From an uncultured virus (IMG/VR IMGVR_UViG_3300031758_000013) (Duplodnaviria > Heunggongvirae > Uroviricota > Caudoviricetes): a DNA stretch of 64,000 nucleotides. This document shows positions 36,269-46,569 of this stretch, piece by piece (positions within the stretch are counted from its first letter, which is position 1; each line of letters starts with the position of its first letter). The notes under the pieces were generated by a model. That model saw nothing but the letters and a program-made list of their open reading frames with translations, did not search any database and was not told where the DNA came from. The stretch lies in the IMG/VR virus record IMGVR_UViG_3300031758_000013; one strand, written 5' to 3'. Both the position numbers and the translations under genes were made by a program.

Positions 36269-36640
36269 TTAATTCAACGTTGGTTTTGACATCATGCTAA
36301 TTAGTTTTTTATAACGCTCTTCAGACTTATTCATTTGTTCTAGAGCATGTTTTAAATAAGAATCAACGTCGGCTCCAGCTGCACACTCTACTAATTTTTT
36401 ATAGTAATTGACCATAGATTCGCTTGGAACAAAGCTAAATACAATCTTGTTGTTATCTATAATTATATAATCAGATGCAGAAAATGTCAACACTTTTGTT
36501 ATCTTAGAGCCCAGAATTCCAGATTCATCCATCGCATCTGTAATATAAAATGGGTTTATAATCTTGTAGTAATCAGGTTGAGGTTCTATTTCTCCGATGA
36601 TTTGTTCACCGCTAATAAGATTAAATACTCTGAACTGCAT
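36269..36640 (-). CDS. Conserved hypothetical protein
   Basis: LISGEQIIG motif; position between uvsW and gp55. Confidence 0.65.
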   Translation of the reverse strand: MQFRVFNLISGEQIIGEIEPQPDYYKIINPFYITDAMDESGILGSKITKVLTFSASDYIIIDNNKIVFSFVPSESMVNYYKKLVECAAGADVDSYLKHALEQMNKSEERYKKLISMMSKPTLN

Positions 36641-36643
36641 ATT

Positions 36644-38110
36644 CTATACCCTTACGTTATAGATTTGGTACTCAAATTGTTCCGAATCGTAGATTTTAGT
36701 TCGTTCTATAAAATGTTTAAGAGTATAATTTTGGTGTGACTTATAAGATAAATCATCTACAATATCATACAAAATAGCGCCTTCTTGTTTTTCTTTATGA
36801 AGCCGAAGCATTCTACCGATCGACTGTAAAACTTTAATTTTTGATTTAGACGGAGAAGCAGCAATCATATGATGAAGTCTATTAATTGAAACACCAGTTG
36901 AAGTAGTACCTAATGATGCTAACAGAATTGCATTCTCTTCTTCTTCTATCGCTTTTCGAATACTTTCACGAGTGTCACCACTAACAGAACCATCAATATA
37001 AAATACGTTATGATCTGTGCTTCTTGTGATGAGATCATAGAGTGATTTCCCATGATCCACAATTCTAAAGAAAACAAGCTTATTACCTTTCAGAGATAAA
37101 CATAAGTTCTTTATGAACTTGTTACGTTCAGTAGAAGATATCAGATAATCAATTTCTTCAGCATATGTTTTTCCTCGTACACTCTTTGCAATTTCATCAG
37201 AGTATTTAAGTACAATACATTTAATTTTCAGCTTAGAAACATATCCTTGATCCATGAGCTCTTTAGTAGAGACTGCTTTATATTTTGGACCAAACAATCC
37301 TTCAATTGTTGCTTCATTGAGAGGATTACCATCAAGAGTTCCTGTGGTTCCGAATCTATATTTACAGTACTGTAAGCTACTCAGAATTTGAATAAGCGAG
37401 GTTGCTTTTGCTCCGTGAGCTTCATCTCCAAACACTACACCAAATTGTTGGTACCATGATTTTGGCATTTTATTTTTGCCATTATTTAATGACTGCCAAG
37501 TTGTAATTACAATATCAGTTGGAACGTCGTTTGATCTATTTATTCCTTCTGTACTGCAATGAATTGTACCAGTGTATCCATAATCTCTAAAATCGCTGGC
37601 CATCTGATTCACCAGACCAATGGTAGGAACAATGATCAATCCTTTATGACCGAACTGCTGGTACCATCTCATAAGAACATAGATCATGAAAGACTTACCA
37701 GAAGATGTTGGACTTACTAAAGTTCTTCTTGTAGATCTTAAACACTTTAAGATAGAATCAAACTGATAGTCTCGTGACTGGTATTTTTCCGGAATATTAA
37801 GAGATTGAATAAACTGCTCGAGTTCGAACTCAGAAATGTTTTCGTAGAATAATTCTTCATCAAACGAGAAACTATAGCCACGACTATCACAAAATTTCTT
37901 TATACGTTGAGCAAGACCAGCATAACAAGTGCCTGACATCCTATTAATTAATGAAATATTCCCATCCCAAAGTCTGGCTTTGTACTTAGGATTAAACTTA
38001 TATCCATCTGCTTTCCATGTAAAAGCATCAGCCAGTTCCATGATTGTCGAAGATTCTGCGCAGACCTTAATATGTACTCTGTCTATGAATTTTAAATGTA
38101 CATCACTCAT
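36644..38110 (-). CDS. uvsW: SF2 helicase UvsW
   Basis: SPTSSGKS, GDEAH, QSIGRMLR. Confidence 0.96.
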   Translation of the reverse strand: MSDVHLKFIDRVHIKVCAESSTIMELADAFTWKADGYKFNPKYKARLWDGNISLINRMSGTCYAGLAQRIKKFCDSRGYSFSFDEELFYENISEFELEQFIQSLNIPEKYQSRDYQFDSILKCLRSTRRTLVSPTSSGKSFMIYVLMRWYQQFGHKGLIIVPTIGLVNQMASDFRDYGYTGTIHCSTEGINRSNDVPTDIVITTWQSLNNGKNKMPKSWYQQFGVVFGDEAHGAKATSLIQILSSLQYCKYRFGTTGTLDGNPLNEATIEGLFGPKYKAVSTKELMDQGYVSKLKIKCIVLKYSDEIAKSVRGKTYAEEIDYLISSTERNKFIKNLCLSLKGNKLVFFRIVDHGKSLYDLITRSTDHNVFYIDGSVSGDTRESIRKAIEEEENAILLASLGTTSTGVSINRLHHMIAASPSKSKIKVLQSIGRMLRLHKEKQEGAILYDIVDDLSYKSHQNYTLKHFIERTKIYDSEQFEYQIYNVRV

Positions 38111-38544
38111 TAAATACCAACTTTGAACTTCTCAAAATCGATAGCAGCTTTAATATTGAAACCACGATTTGTAAGAGATTTGATGACTGACTCAAGAAGA
38201 TCTAACTTCTCTTGCTGAATGCCAATTTTAAGTGTGAGGTTAATCACTTCTGTATCAGCGTCGATGTAGTTGTTCACGTCCGAACGAATGATCTTACCCT
38301 GAGGTGGCAACCGCCAACCCTTGGCATGAGTTTCTTCCGTCGGACCCATAGTAAAGAACTCGTGTTTAGCCAACTTCAATTGCTTGAATTCGGCTTCATA
38401 TTTACGAAGAATCAAACGTTCATTCGTAAACATCTTAAAATACTTATGGTGAAGCTTAGGAATACGTAAAACTTCGTCGCTCAACTCTGTGCGATCGATA
38501 GTTGCGTCTTTTTCCCATTCGGAGTATATATCTTCAAGTTTCAT
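38110..38544 (-). CDS. uvsY: Recombination mediator UvsY
   Basis: IPKLHHKY, NRGFNIKAAIDF; synteny. Confidence 0.9.
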   Translation of the reverse strand: MKLEDIYSEWEKDATIDRTELSDEVLRIPKLHHKYFKMFTNERLILRKYEAEFKQLKLAKHEFFTMGPTEETHAKGWRLPPQGKIIRSDVNNYIDADTEVINLTLKIGIQQEKLDLLESVIKSLTNRGFNIKAAIDFEKFKVGI

Positions 38545-38579
38545 AATATAAGTCTACCACAGATTGCAAAAAATGTCAA

Positions 38580-39095
38580 CTAAATTAGTTCGATATTATA
38601 CTTTAAAAATTTAAAATTTGCTGTACACTGAATATAGTTGACATCTGAGTCAGTTGTGTTAAAATCTAAATTGCCCAAACTAATTGGAAAAGCATCATGA
38701 AAAACTACTTTAATGTTTGGCTGCATAGAACTATTCATAATAATCAAAGTAATATCAGAATATTCAGTTTCTGCACTTCCGAGTGGAGCCTGTCTAAGAG
38801 ACTTGAATTGATCAAAATTTTCTGATGGTCCTAATTTAACCATCCAGTTGTGAAGCTCGAGATAGTCATTAATATCTTCACTCACTCTAAATGTAATAGA
38901 CAAAGGACTATATTTAATATTTCCTGCAAGAGGAATTGATACAAACGGTGTAGGAGAATTAGCATCTCCTAGATCAACACCTGGAAGACTCACATTTTGA
39001 ATGTTAAAGTCTAGATTAGGAGCACGCATAAGAGTGAATTTAAATCCCAGAGGAGATAAGAAATTCTTGTTTGTTGGAATATTTAAAACAGACAT
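38580..39095 (-). CDS. gp3: Tail tube terminator / tail completion protein
   Basis: NFLSPLGFKF, YLELHNW, FHDAFPISL; follows gp23. Confidence 0.88.
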   Translation of the reverse strand: MSVLNIPTNKNFLSPLGFKFTLMRAPNLDFNIQNVSLPGVDLGDANSPTPFVSIPLAGNIKYSPLSITFRVSEDINDYLELHNWMVKLGPSENFDQFKSLRQAPLGSAETEYSDITLIIMNSSMQPNIKVVFHDAFPISLGNLDFNTTDSDVNYIQCTANFKFLKYNIELI

Positions 39096-39152
39096 AGTAT
39101 TCCTTTAAGACTTAATATCATTATACCATAACTATTTATAATGTCAACAGAT

Positions 39153-39181
39153 AAAAAGAGAGGGAGCCGAAGCTCCCTCTC
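39153..39181 (-). terminator. Intrinsic terminator after gp23
   Basis: GAGAGGGAGC-TTCG-GCTCCCTCTC then T-run. Confidence 0.9.
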
Positions 39182-39212
39182 CAGGTTTGGTTGGTTATCC
39201 CAACTCTTATGA

Positions 39213-40571
39213 TTACATAAGGTTAGAAACAAGAACGCGGCGATAGTACTTGTTCGAATCCTGCTCAAGAGTAGCTGATGTATCAGCAGCAGTTGTACCC
39301 TTAGCGAATGGATTTGGAGCCATACCGTAACGAGTCTTGAAGCCGATCTTTGGCTGGAATGAGCCTGGATCAACTGCACGAACCATCTGTAGTGGAACGT
39401 ATGGGCAGTAGAAGAGACCAGCATCATAAGGGTTCGAACCCTTATAACCAGTAACAAGATAGTTAGTACCAGCATAAGGATCAATATAAACCTTGATGCG
39501 GCCATTGATAACACCAGCAAAAGTATTGCCAGTATCGTCAATGTTTAGCGAGTTAGTATTAAGAGCTGGAGCGTAATCAAGAACACCAGCCATCTGAAGA
39601 GCCGAAGCTACGTCCGACGAACAGATGATAACGTTACCCTTACCACGACGGGTTTGCTTAGCAATCTGGTTGCATTCGCGTTCAATCTGGAATAGAAGAC
39701 CCTTGAACTTTTCAACAGCCCAACGACCGTTTGAATCGGTATCAAGATCAAAAATACCTGCAGTTGTTGTACCGTCAGCAGCACCACGTTCAGCAGTGAT
39801 GATGATTGAACGAACAACTTCGCGGTTGATTTCTGCAAGAATTTCAGCCGAAAGAATGTTTGAAAGTTCTGATTCAGCATCAAGACCATGAATTGCCTTT
39901 AGATCCTGTGCAAGTTCTAAAGTATATTCTGCCTTGAGAGCGCGAGTCTTAGCAGACACAGTAACCTTCTCGATTGAGAAGCCCATTTCTGGGAAAATAT
40001 ATGTGCTATTTGCGCCAAGAAGTTCGCCTGTACCAAGCAGAAGACCCATTGTGTAGTTATAGGTCGAGTTACCTGCGTTGTTTGACGAACCAGGAGCTGT
40101 ACCAACAGTGTTAGCACCAACAGCAGTTGCCGAACCGGCACCGGTGTTAGCAGCATCAACACCAGCGCCTAGACGCGAAGAGTGACCGGTGTTTGCTTCG
40201 TTGTAGAATGCTTCTGAAACGCTTGAATCAGTTGTGTTAGCATAATGCGAACGCATTGCAAAGATAAGGCCAGTTGGGCCCGACATTGGCTGAACGCCGC
40301 AGATATCATAAGCAATCAGGTTTGGCATCGAACGACGAACCAGCGAAATAAGTACTGGATCAAAGTTTGCAGCATTACCAGCTGTGTTGACGTGTGTAGC
40401 TTCTCCAAGAAGATGTTGTGATCCACCTTGGCCAGCAGCTTCACGAAGAGCCTGCTCGGTATTTTCTAGAATTTGTGCGGTCACATAGCGCTTCTGAGCG
40501 TTTGTGATCTCTGGTAGATCACCATGCTCAAGCACTGGCTTCCACTTGTTTTGTAGTTCCTCAGCTAACAT
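39213..40571 (-). CDS. gp23: Major capsid protein
   Basis: DPVLISLVRR, QPMSGPTGLIFA, ELAQDLKAIHGLDAE, FYCPYVPL, KIGFKTRYG. Confidence 0.98.
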   Translation of the reverse strand: MLAEELQNKWKPVLEHGDLPEITNAQKRYVTAQILENTEQALREAAGQGGSQHLLGEATHVNTAGNAANFDPVLISLVRRSMPNLIAYDICGVQPMSGPTGLIFAMRSHYANTTDSSVSEAFYNEANTGHSSRLGAGVDAANTGAGSATAVGANTVGTAPGSSNNAGNSTYNYTMGLLLGTGELLGANSTYIFPEMGFSIEKVTVSAKTRALKAEYTLELAQDLKAIHGLDAESELSNILSAEILAEINREVVRSIIITAERGAADGTTTAGIFDLDTDSNGRWAVEKFKGLLFQIERECNQIAKQTRRGKGNVIICSSDVASALQMAGVLDYAPALNTNSLNIDDTGNTFAGVINGRIKVYIDPYAGTNYLVTGYKGSNPYDAGLFYCPYVPLQMVRAVDPGSFQPKIGFKTRYGMAPNPFAKGTTAADTSATLEQDSNKYYRRVLVSNLM

Positions 40572-40614
40572 TTTATTCTCCCCTTACCTTTCTGGGTATT
40601 TGATGTTTTATTTA

Positions 40615-41595
40615 TTACTTTACGTTTCTTGAAATTGCAGTTACATAGTTAGCCATATGAGCTGGTACTTCTACAATTTGATTGGTACCTTCTTCGGCTT
40701 CTTCAGTAATTACTCCGGTAGTACCTTCTTTCTTTTCAGAGAAGTACTTATTCTTAAGAATGTGGAGCTTTTTGGCATATGTCTCAGAATTACCAAATTC
40801 AATGCCTTCTGCTAGTGTGCGAAGCTTTTCAATTTGTGTTGCCACTAAGCCCTCACTAACTTCGTCAAAAGTAGCTTCCATGGTTGCTTCATCAATAACT
40901 GATTGAAGCTCAAGCTGCTTATTCACAGATTCGTCAAGCTTACTTTCTAGATCTTCGATTTGAGCTTGAAGCTCACCAAGAATGTCAAGCTTTTCATCAG
41001 GTACATTAATGTAACTTTCAGCAAACAGATTACGCAGACCTTCCATGAAGTCTTCTGCAACGTTTGCGCGGATCGATGATTCGATAGCAATCTTGTTATC
41101 TTCGATCCACTGTTCCACTACGTAGTCAAGATATTGATCGACCTTTTCGGTCATCTCTTCTTGAATAGCAACTACAGCTTCATCAAGCTTTGTTGCAAAT
41201 TCTTCTTCTAGGCGAACTGTTTCCAGATTCATACGAGCTGTAACAGCGGCTTCAAAAATAGTCGAAGCGCGCTCCTTGAATTCTTCAGAAAGATCTTCGC
41301 CGCTGAACATTTCAGCTACGTCTTCCTTAACTGCACCAAGAGTTGCAGCTGGCATCTGTCCAAGAGCAGGACCGCCACCAGGGGCAGTTGCTGAAGGAAC
41401 ACCGTCGGCGCTGTACTTCTTAATAGAATCATTGAAGAGATGCGATAGATCTTCTTTACCAAGCTGAGCTAACAGCGAAGTAAATGTAGCAAGCATCTCA
41501 ATACGAGTTGGATTTGGCTTTAGTGTTTCCGAAGCCGCTGATTCGTCAAGATTTTCTTCGTTCTCAACGATATCAGTTAGGTCCTTATCTGACAT
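40615..41595 (-). CDS. gp22: Prohead core scaffold protein
   Basis: LSEEFKERASTIFEAAV, VDQYLDYVVEQW. Confidence 0.93.
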   Translation of the reverse strand: MSDKDLTDIVENEENLDESAASETLKPNPTRIEMLATFTSLLAQLGKEDLSHLFNDSIKKYSADGVPSATAPGGGPALGQMPAATLGAVKEDVAEMFSGEDLSEEFKERASTIFEAAVTARMNLETVRLEEEFATKLDEAVVAIQEEMTEKVDQYLDYVVEQWIEDNKIAIESSIRANVAEDFMEGLRNLFAESYINVPDEKLDILGELQAQIEDLESKLDESVNKQLELQSVIDEATMEATFDEVSEGLVATQIEKLRTLAEGIEFGNSETYAKKLHILKNKYFSEKKEGTTGVITEEAEEGTNQIVEVPAHMANYVTAISRNVK

Positions 41596-41632
41596 TTTGC
41601 ACTCCTTAGTTAATTTAACTTATTTATTTGAT

Positions 41633-42304
41633 TCAGGATTTCGAAATATTGTTGAGAAAATTCTCAAAAATCTTAAATTTCTTTGCTTCTAGTTCTCTAG
41701 AAGTTGCGGCTTTTTCAATGATTTGAACTGTTTGTTCTACAACTTGAGCTTTCTTTGCAATAAGTAGATCGTTTTCCCATATCCACTCTACACCTTCCAT
41801 GATGCCATTGACAAAAGCATCAGGAGCAGAAGGGTCTGCTACAATATCAGCTGCAGTTGCTAAGTAAAAGTCATTTTGTACTTCATTGATTCCTTCTTTG
41901 TTAAGCTTTAATGAGCCCATACCACGAGAAGAAACACCAAGCTTTACACCCTCAGAAACAAGACCTTTGGCAATGCTACCAAAAGGAGTATCCATAAGCT
42001 TAGCTTTGCCGATGAAGTTATTACCTTCTTGGCGAAGATTTGTAATAAGATGAGAAACTCGATCAAGATTAATCTGTGGACCTTCTGGGTGACCAAGTTC
42101 ACCTAGAGCTCTGCCAGACTTTACATATGCTTCGTTGTAGCGTTCAACTTCTTTGGCAAGAGTTTCAACTGGATACATACGTCCGTTGCGATTCTTGATG
42201 CCACCCTGAAGAAACACGCCTTCGATGAATACGTTCTTCTTGCCGTCTTCTCTAGCTTCAGTAACTGTTTTGAGGTCTTCAAAGACTTCTGTAATAAGTT
42301 TCAT
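41633..42304 (-). CDS. gp21: Prohead protease
   Basis: NRNGRMYP, ALGELGHP, GVSSRGMGS, DIVADPSAP. Confidence 0.97.
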   Translation of the reverse strand: MKLITEVFEDLKTVTEAREDGKKNVFIEGVFLQGGIKNRNGRMYPVETLAKEVERYNEAYVKSGRALGELGHPEGPQINLDRVSHLITNLRQEGNNFIGKAKLMDTPFGSIAKGLVSEGVKLGVSSRGMGSLKLNKEGINEVQNDFYLATAADIVADPSAPDAFVNGIMEGVEWIWENDLLIAKKAQVVEQTVQIIEKAATSRELEAKKFKIFENFLNNISKS

Positions 42305-42313
42305 TTTCTTACC

Positions 42314-42712
42314 TTAACTGTTATTATATTCAGAAATGAATGTGCCAACCTTTTGAAGTTCAAAAAGAACATAACCATTTGCAGTTCCGACAAACTCTAC
42401 ACTAAGGTTTGCTGTTTGACTGACAGTAAGAGCCATACCGCATCCGGCATAGTCCTTGTAACCTGTCGAATCATATATTGCAATAGGAGTTGCACCGCGC
42501 TTGATTACGGCATAACCGTTCGGATCAAGGCCCCAGTATATCTGAGTAATATAAGCACCAGAAAGAACTTCATTGCTAACTGCAAGACATGTAGCAGATG
42601 AATCGACGTTTGTTGTAGTACTATTACCAGATACTTTAATCGTAGTATTAGCAGCAGAAACGTGAATAGTGGCAGCAGTATTTTTCTTATTTGAAATAAT
42701 TGTTACGGCCAT
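42314..42712 (-). CDS. Head-region virion protein, unknown function
   Basis: ORF between gp67-like and gp21. Confidence 0.6.
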   Translation of the reverse strand: MAVTIISNKKNTAATIHVSAANTTIKVSGNSTTTNVDSSATCLAVSNEVLSGAYITQIYWGLDPNGYAVIKRGATPIAIYDSTGYKDYAGCGMALTVSQTANLSVEFVGTANGYVLFELQKVGTFISEYNNS

Positions 42713-43977
42713 TATTCACCTCTATGACTAATTGCGAAGTCGAGCATTGAATCAACACCTTCTGGTGTCTGACATGCTTCAAGGAACTTCTTTTGGTTGT
42801 CTTCATTTAATTTATCAAACACAGAAAGCATGGTACGACGATGTGATTCTGTGAGATCACCAAGAAGCTCAGCTAGCTTTTCTTCCTTACGAAGTGGCTT
42901 ACCACCACGTTCTGCAGTAAGTTTAGCAGCAATCGCCATAGCACGACGCTTCTCTTGCGACTTGCCCTTGAACTGTGGAGCATCAGACTTCTGGAAATCC
43001 TTAATTACAGTTCCCATCGAAGCCTTGTCCATGTTGAGCTTTTCTTCGATTTCGACTTCTTCCTTAGCATTTACTTTAGCTTTACCAGCTAGTTTTCTAG
43101 TTGCTTTTGAAATACCAATTTGGCGAGTAAGGCTCTTCATGATCTTACCTGAATCATACTTACCTTCACCACCTTCTTTCTTACCGGCACGATAAGCTTG
43201 GTTATGAACGTCTTGAGCTGACTTTTCAATGTATGAGTGAAGAGTGTTCTTCGACAGTTCGTCAATATGTTCGGCTTCTTCAGTCTTCAGGCTTTCACCG
43301 CGCTTTACAAGTTGCTTGCCAGAAGCTTGTGCGCCTGCTGCTCTCTTACGAAGAGTCTTGGTATCCTTCTGATCCTTCGACCAGTCGCCACCGCCCATCT
43401 TCATCTTATCGACGATAGCGTTGCCTTGAGCACGAGCCTTCTTGCGATAGCTTTGCAGTGTAGCAGTTGACAGCTCGTCGATTTGCTCTTCTTCGAGTCT
43501 ATTGACACCGAGCTTCTTGCGAACAGCGTGTGAAAGAGCAACGTACCCTACACCGAAATCATTAGCAGCTGAACGAACATGGCTCTTACGAACATTATCG
43601 CCATAGCGCTTGATTAGGTGTGCTGCGATCTTAGCTGATTCATCTAGCTCTTCAGCTTCTTCAGCGACTTTCTTTTTCTTGCGAAGAAGTTTGAAGTCAT
43701 GAGCATCGACCTTGCCATTCTTGTTGGCATCGATCTTATGCTGATTGCCCTTGAGTTCCTCGTAGACCTTCTCGTCTTCGCCTGGGTTATAGCCATGACG
43801 CTCTTTACGGCGGTCGATCGGCTTTACCTTTGAACCCTTGAATACTTCATCACCATTGCCATTGCGATCTGGGTGCTTGACAACAACGTGCTTATCCACG
43901 AACTTCTGTTCGTCAGGATTTTTAACCTTCAGGTAACCTTCTAGGAATTGATTAAGCGTCTTCGCCATCGTCTTCAA
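42712..43977 (-). CDS. Putative internal head polyprotein
   Basis: Basic modules separated by EE.(L/I)DE(L)S linkers; DANKNGKVDAHD motif. Confidence 0.55.
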   Translation of the reverse strand: MKTMAKTLNQFLEGYLKVKNPDEQKFVDKHVVVKHPDRNGNGDEVFKGSKVKPIDRRKERHGYNPGEDEKVYEELKGNQHKIDANKNGKVDAHDFKLLRKKKKVAEEAEELDESAKIAAHLIKRYGDNVRKSHVRSAANDFGVGYVALSHAVRKKLGVNRLEEEQIDELSTATLQSYRKKARAQGNAIVDKMKMGGGDWSKDQKDTKTLRKRAAGAQASGKQLVKRGESLKTEEAEHIDELSKNTLHSYIEKSAQDVHNQAYRAGKKEGGEGKYDSGKIMKSLTRQIGISKATRKLAGKAKVNAKEEVEIEEKLNMDKASMGTVIKDFQKSDAPQFKGKSQEKRRAMAIAAKLTAERGGKPLRKEEKLAELLGDLTESHRRTMLSVFDKLNEDNQKKFLEACQTPEGVDSMLDFAISHRGE

Positions 43978-44290
43978 ACCCTTCTAAATCTTCGTCTTCT
44001 AAATCTTCGTCTTCGTCGTCCCAGTCGATATCGTCTAAATCATCGTCGTCAAGATCTAGATCGTCATCATCGAGATCTAAATCATCGTCGTCAAGATCTA
44101 GATCATCGTCGTCGTCGACAGAATCTTCTTGCGAAGCAAACATACTTTGTGCTACAGAGATTTTCATATCATCAATAGCTGTGCTTGCTTTTTGACCCAT
44201 AATTTCATCGAAAGCAGAAGCAAATTTAGTTGGCTGCTGATTCATAGAGTAATTAAGTAGATCATCAATATCGGCCATAGTTTCCTCCAA
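43952..44290 (-). CDS. gp67: Prohead core protein gp67-like, very acidic, with DDDDLDL repeats
   Basis: Position after the portal gene; acidic tail encoded by 21-nt tandem repeats. Confidence 0.7.
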   Translation of the reverse strand: MEETMADIDDLLNYSMNQQPTKFASAFDEIMGQKASTAIDDMKISVAQSMFASQEDSVDDDDDLDLDDDDLDLDDDDLDLDDDDLDDIDWDDEDEDLEDEDLEGFEDDGEDA

Positions 44291-44307
44291 AATTTTTATT
44301 ATTTATA

Positions 44308-45951
44308 TCACGCGGGTTTCTTAACTAGATCTGGAACTTTAGGTAGAGAAGGAACTTTAGAAGTCTTTCCTGTGTCTGGTCCTAATGCTCCACTGGTATC
44401 TTCCGGTCCTTGATCTTCTACAGGCTGGCCATCAGATCCCATTTCAACCGGTGGATTATATTGTGGGTTGTCTTGTTCTTCTACAATTTGTTCATCAATT
44501 TCTTTTATATCTCTTTCAGTCTGATACAGAACATTACGGCGTATCCATTCGTGTGAATAATACTTGCCGGTGTAATCATCAATATCACGAAGCATTGATA
44601 CACGATCACGAAGAATTTCAGTGTTTCTTAATTCGGAAAAATGATTGTCTTCTGAATATTCGTATTTGAAATTAGATTTAAATTCTTGCCAATCTTCACT
44701 AGTAATAACACCCTTTAGAATCAATTGTTTCTCAAGAATTTTATTAAAGAGTTCTGAAAACTTACCACGAAGGCGAGTAACAAACTTAGCAAATTTAACT
44801 TCATCGCGTGATATTTCAGTAGCACGACCAAAATTATAACTTTGTTCTGGATCAAGACGAGTAACTGGAACATTTAATGATTTATAAAGCTTGCGTTGGA
44901 AGTAAACCACATCATCCATTTGACCGAGGTTTTGACCACCGGGAAGAGTTGTAATTTCTGTTCCTTTACCACCCTCACGTCGTGGCAGCCAGAAATCTTC
45001 AAGCATTGTCATGTGCTTACGATCATCGCGAATTTCACCGGTCTGAGCGTCATAAACTACACGATTCTTAAAGCGAGTCATAATATCACGAAGATATTGC
45101 TCAGCTTTCATCTTTGGTAAATTACCAACATCAATGTAGAAGACTCGGCGTTCAGGAGCTCGTGAAATACGGTAGATAACCAGAGAGTCTTCCATTGACT
45201 TTAACTGATTGAGAGGTTTGATTGCTTTCTGTAAATGACCAATTACCATATCACCACCGACATTTACAAGTCCAGATGATACACTAACAACAGCATCTAC
45301 TGCAATCCGGATTCCTTGTGAGCCGGGATCATTATAAGTAGAGCCTTGAGTAGGAGCTTTAGCAAATCCTTTATCATTATAGATAAAGAATTCTTCTACA
45401 GTTTTATTAACCATGGCACTAGAAGTTTTATTTACTCGAGCTCGTCTTTGAGTTTTGATCTTACGAATTTTACGAGGATCAACATATCTTAATTCTTTAA
45501 TTCCATCCCGCGGAGTTTTTTCATCAATAATAGCATGATAGTATAGTCTACCATCAACATACCATTTACGGAAAATTTCATAAGCGTGTTGATTAAATTC
45601 AAGCAACTCAAGAGTATTGTCAAACTCTTCTAGAATCATCTTCTTGATATTTTCAGGTTGTTTTAAATCGTCAAGGTTAAGACTTACGATCTCTTTCTTT
45701 GGATCCATAACAATAGCTTCATTGATAATATCATCAACAGCCATTTCAATGTCTGGGTGCATAGAAATTTCACGATACTTGCTAACAAGTTCCGCTTCGT
45801 TTCTTACTGAACCTTCAAGATCGACATATTGGCCATAAGCACCACCTTCAGAAACAACAAGAGCTCCATCTTCTTCCACTTTTGGTGCAAATGAAGGAAG
45901 TTCTTGTTCTGGTTTCTTTCTTACAATCTGAAAACCAAATAATTCGGCCAT
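44308..45951 (-). CDS. gp20: Portal protein
   Basis: WYVDGR, YRISRAPERR, MLEDFWLPRREGGKGTEI. Confidence 0.98.
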   Translation of the reverse strand: MAELFGFQIVRKKPEQELPSFAPKVEEDGALVVSEGGAYGQYVDLEGSVRNEAELVSKYREISMHPDIEMAVDDIINEAIVMDPKKEIVSLNLDDLKQPENIKKMILEEFDNTLELLEFNQHAYEIFRKWYVDGRLYYHAIIDEKTPRDGIKELRYVDPRKIRKIKTQRRARVNKTSSAMVNKTVEEFFIYNDKGFAKAPTQGSTYNDPGSQGIRIAVDAVVSVSSGLVNVGGDMVIGHLQKAIKPLNQLKSMEDSLVIYRISRAPERRVFYIDVGNLPKMKAEQYLRDIMTRFKNRVVYDAQTGEIRDDRKHMTMLEDFWLPRREGGKGTEITTLPGGQNLGQMDDVVYFQRKLYKSLNVPVTRLDPEQSYNFGRATEISRDEVKFAKFVTRLRGKFSELFNKILEKQLILKGVITSEDWQEFKSNFKYEYSEDNHFSELRNTEILRDRVSMLRDIDDYTGKYYSHEWIRRNVLYQTERDIKEIDEQIVEEQDNPQYNPPVEMGSDGQPVEDQGPEDTSGALGPDTGKTSKVPSLPKVPDLVKKPA

Positions 45952-45968
45952 GAGGACTCCTAATTAAC

Positions 45969-46002
45969 AAAAAAAAGTAAGGGGAGTGATTACCCCTTAC
46001 TT
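45969..46002 (-). terminator. Intrinsic terminator after gp19
   Basis: AAGTAAGGGG/CCCCTTACTT stem then T-run. Confidence 0.85.
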
Positions 46003-46003
46003 A

Positions 46004-46540
46004 TTATTCACCACCGGCGTTGTCGGTAGCGCCACCACTTACAGTCCAATAATCATATGAGAATGTAACCTGGAATGATTCAATTTGATCAGTTGTTCCC
46101 CAATCTAATTCTATTGGAGAAATAACACTTGGAAAAATTCCATTGAACTTGTATTCACGTAATGCGGTTCCATCTTTTGCATACTGAATTACAGTAGCAT
46201 TAGACTTGTAACGATTAATTTCGCGAACGTTGCGTTCAAATCTATTAATCTGATTTGACCATTCTTCCATTGCATTACGGATTAAAAAGTCTTCATCATT
46301 AATAATTGTAACTGTCCAATCGCCAAAAGTTCTATCTCCTGCCAACTTCATTTGTCGGCCAAAGTAAAACACTGGAATTACTCCCAATTGAGCTTCTGGA
46401 ATCTGAGCAGCTTGCACCAAGAATGGTGATTTGAGATCACCAGAACTATTTGCAGGATTGTTAATACGCACCTGGAAAAGATTCTGACGAGCGCCGCCAT
46501 AGACCAGTTGGCTTCTCATTTCATTGATATTAAAAGCCAT
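46004..46540 (-). CDS. gp19: Tail tube protein
   Basis: GGARQNLF, AGDRTFGDWTVT, FQVTFSYDYW. Confidence 0.95.
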   Translation of the reverse strand: MAFNINEMRSQLVYGGARQNLFQVRINNPANSSGDLKSPFLVQAAQIPEAQLGVIPVFYFGRQMKLAGDRTFGDWTVTIINDEDFLIRNAMEEWSNQINRFERNVREINRYKSNATVIQYAKDGTALREYKFNGIFPSVISPIELDWGTTDQIESFQVTFSYDYWTVSGGATDNAGGE

Positions 46541-46569
46541 TCTTATTTCCTCCTAGTTTCTTTTATTTA

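Noticed and set aside
39083..40162. Alternative-frame ORFs inside gp23 (and similar ones inside gp43, gp46, gp20)
   Set aside because: Off-frame or antisense by-products of biased codon usage in well-supported genes.
43980..44120. 21-nt tandem repeats as a CRISPR-like array
   Set aside because: No spacers; they encode DDDDLDL repeats of the acidic gp67-like protein.
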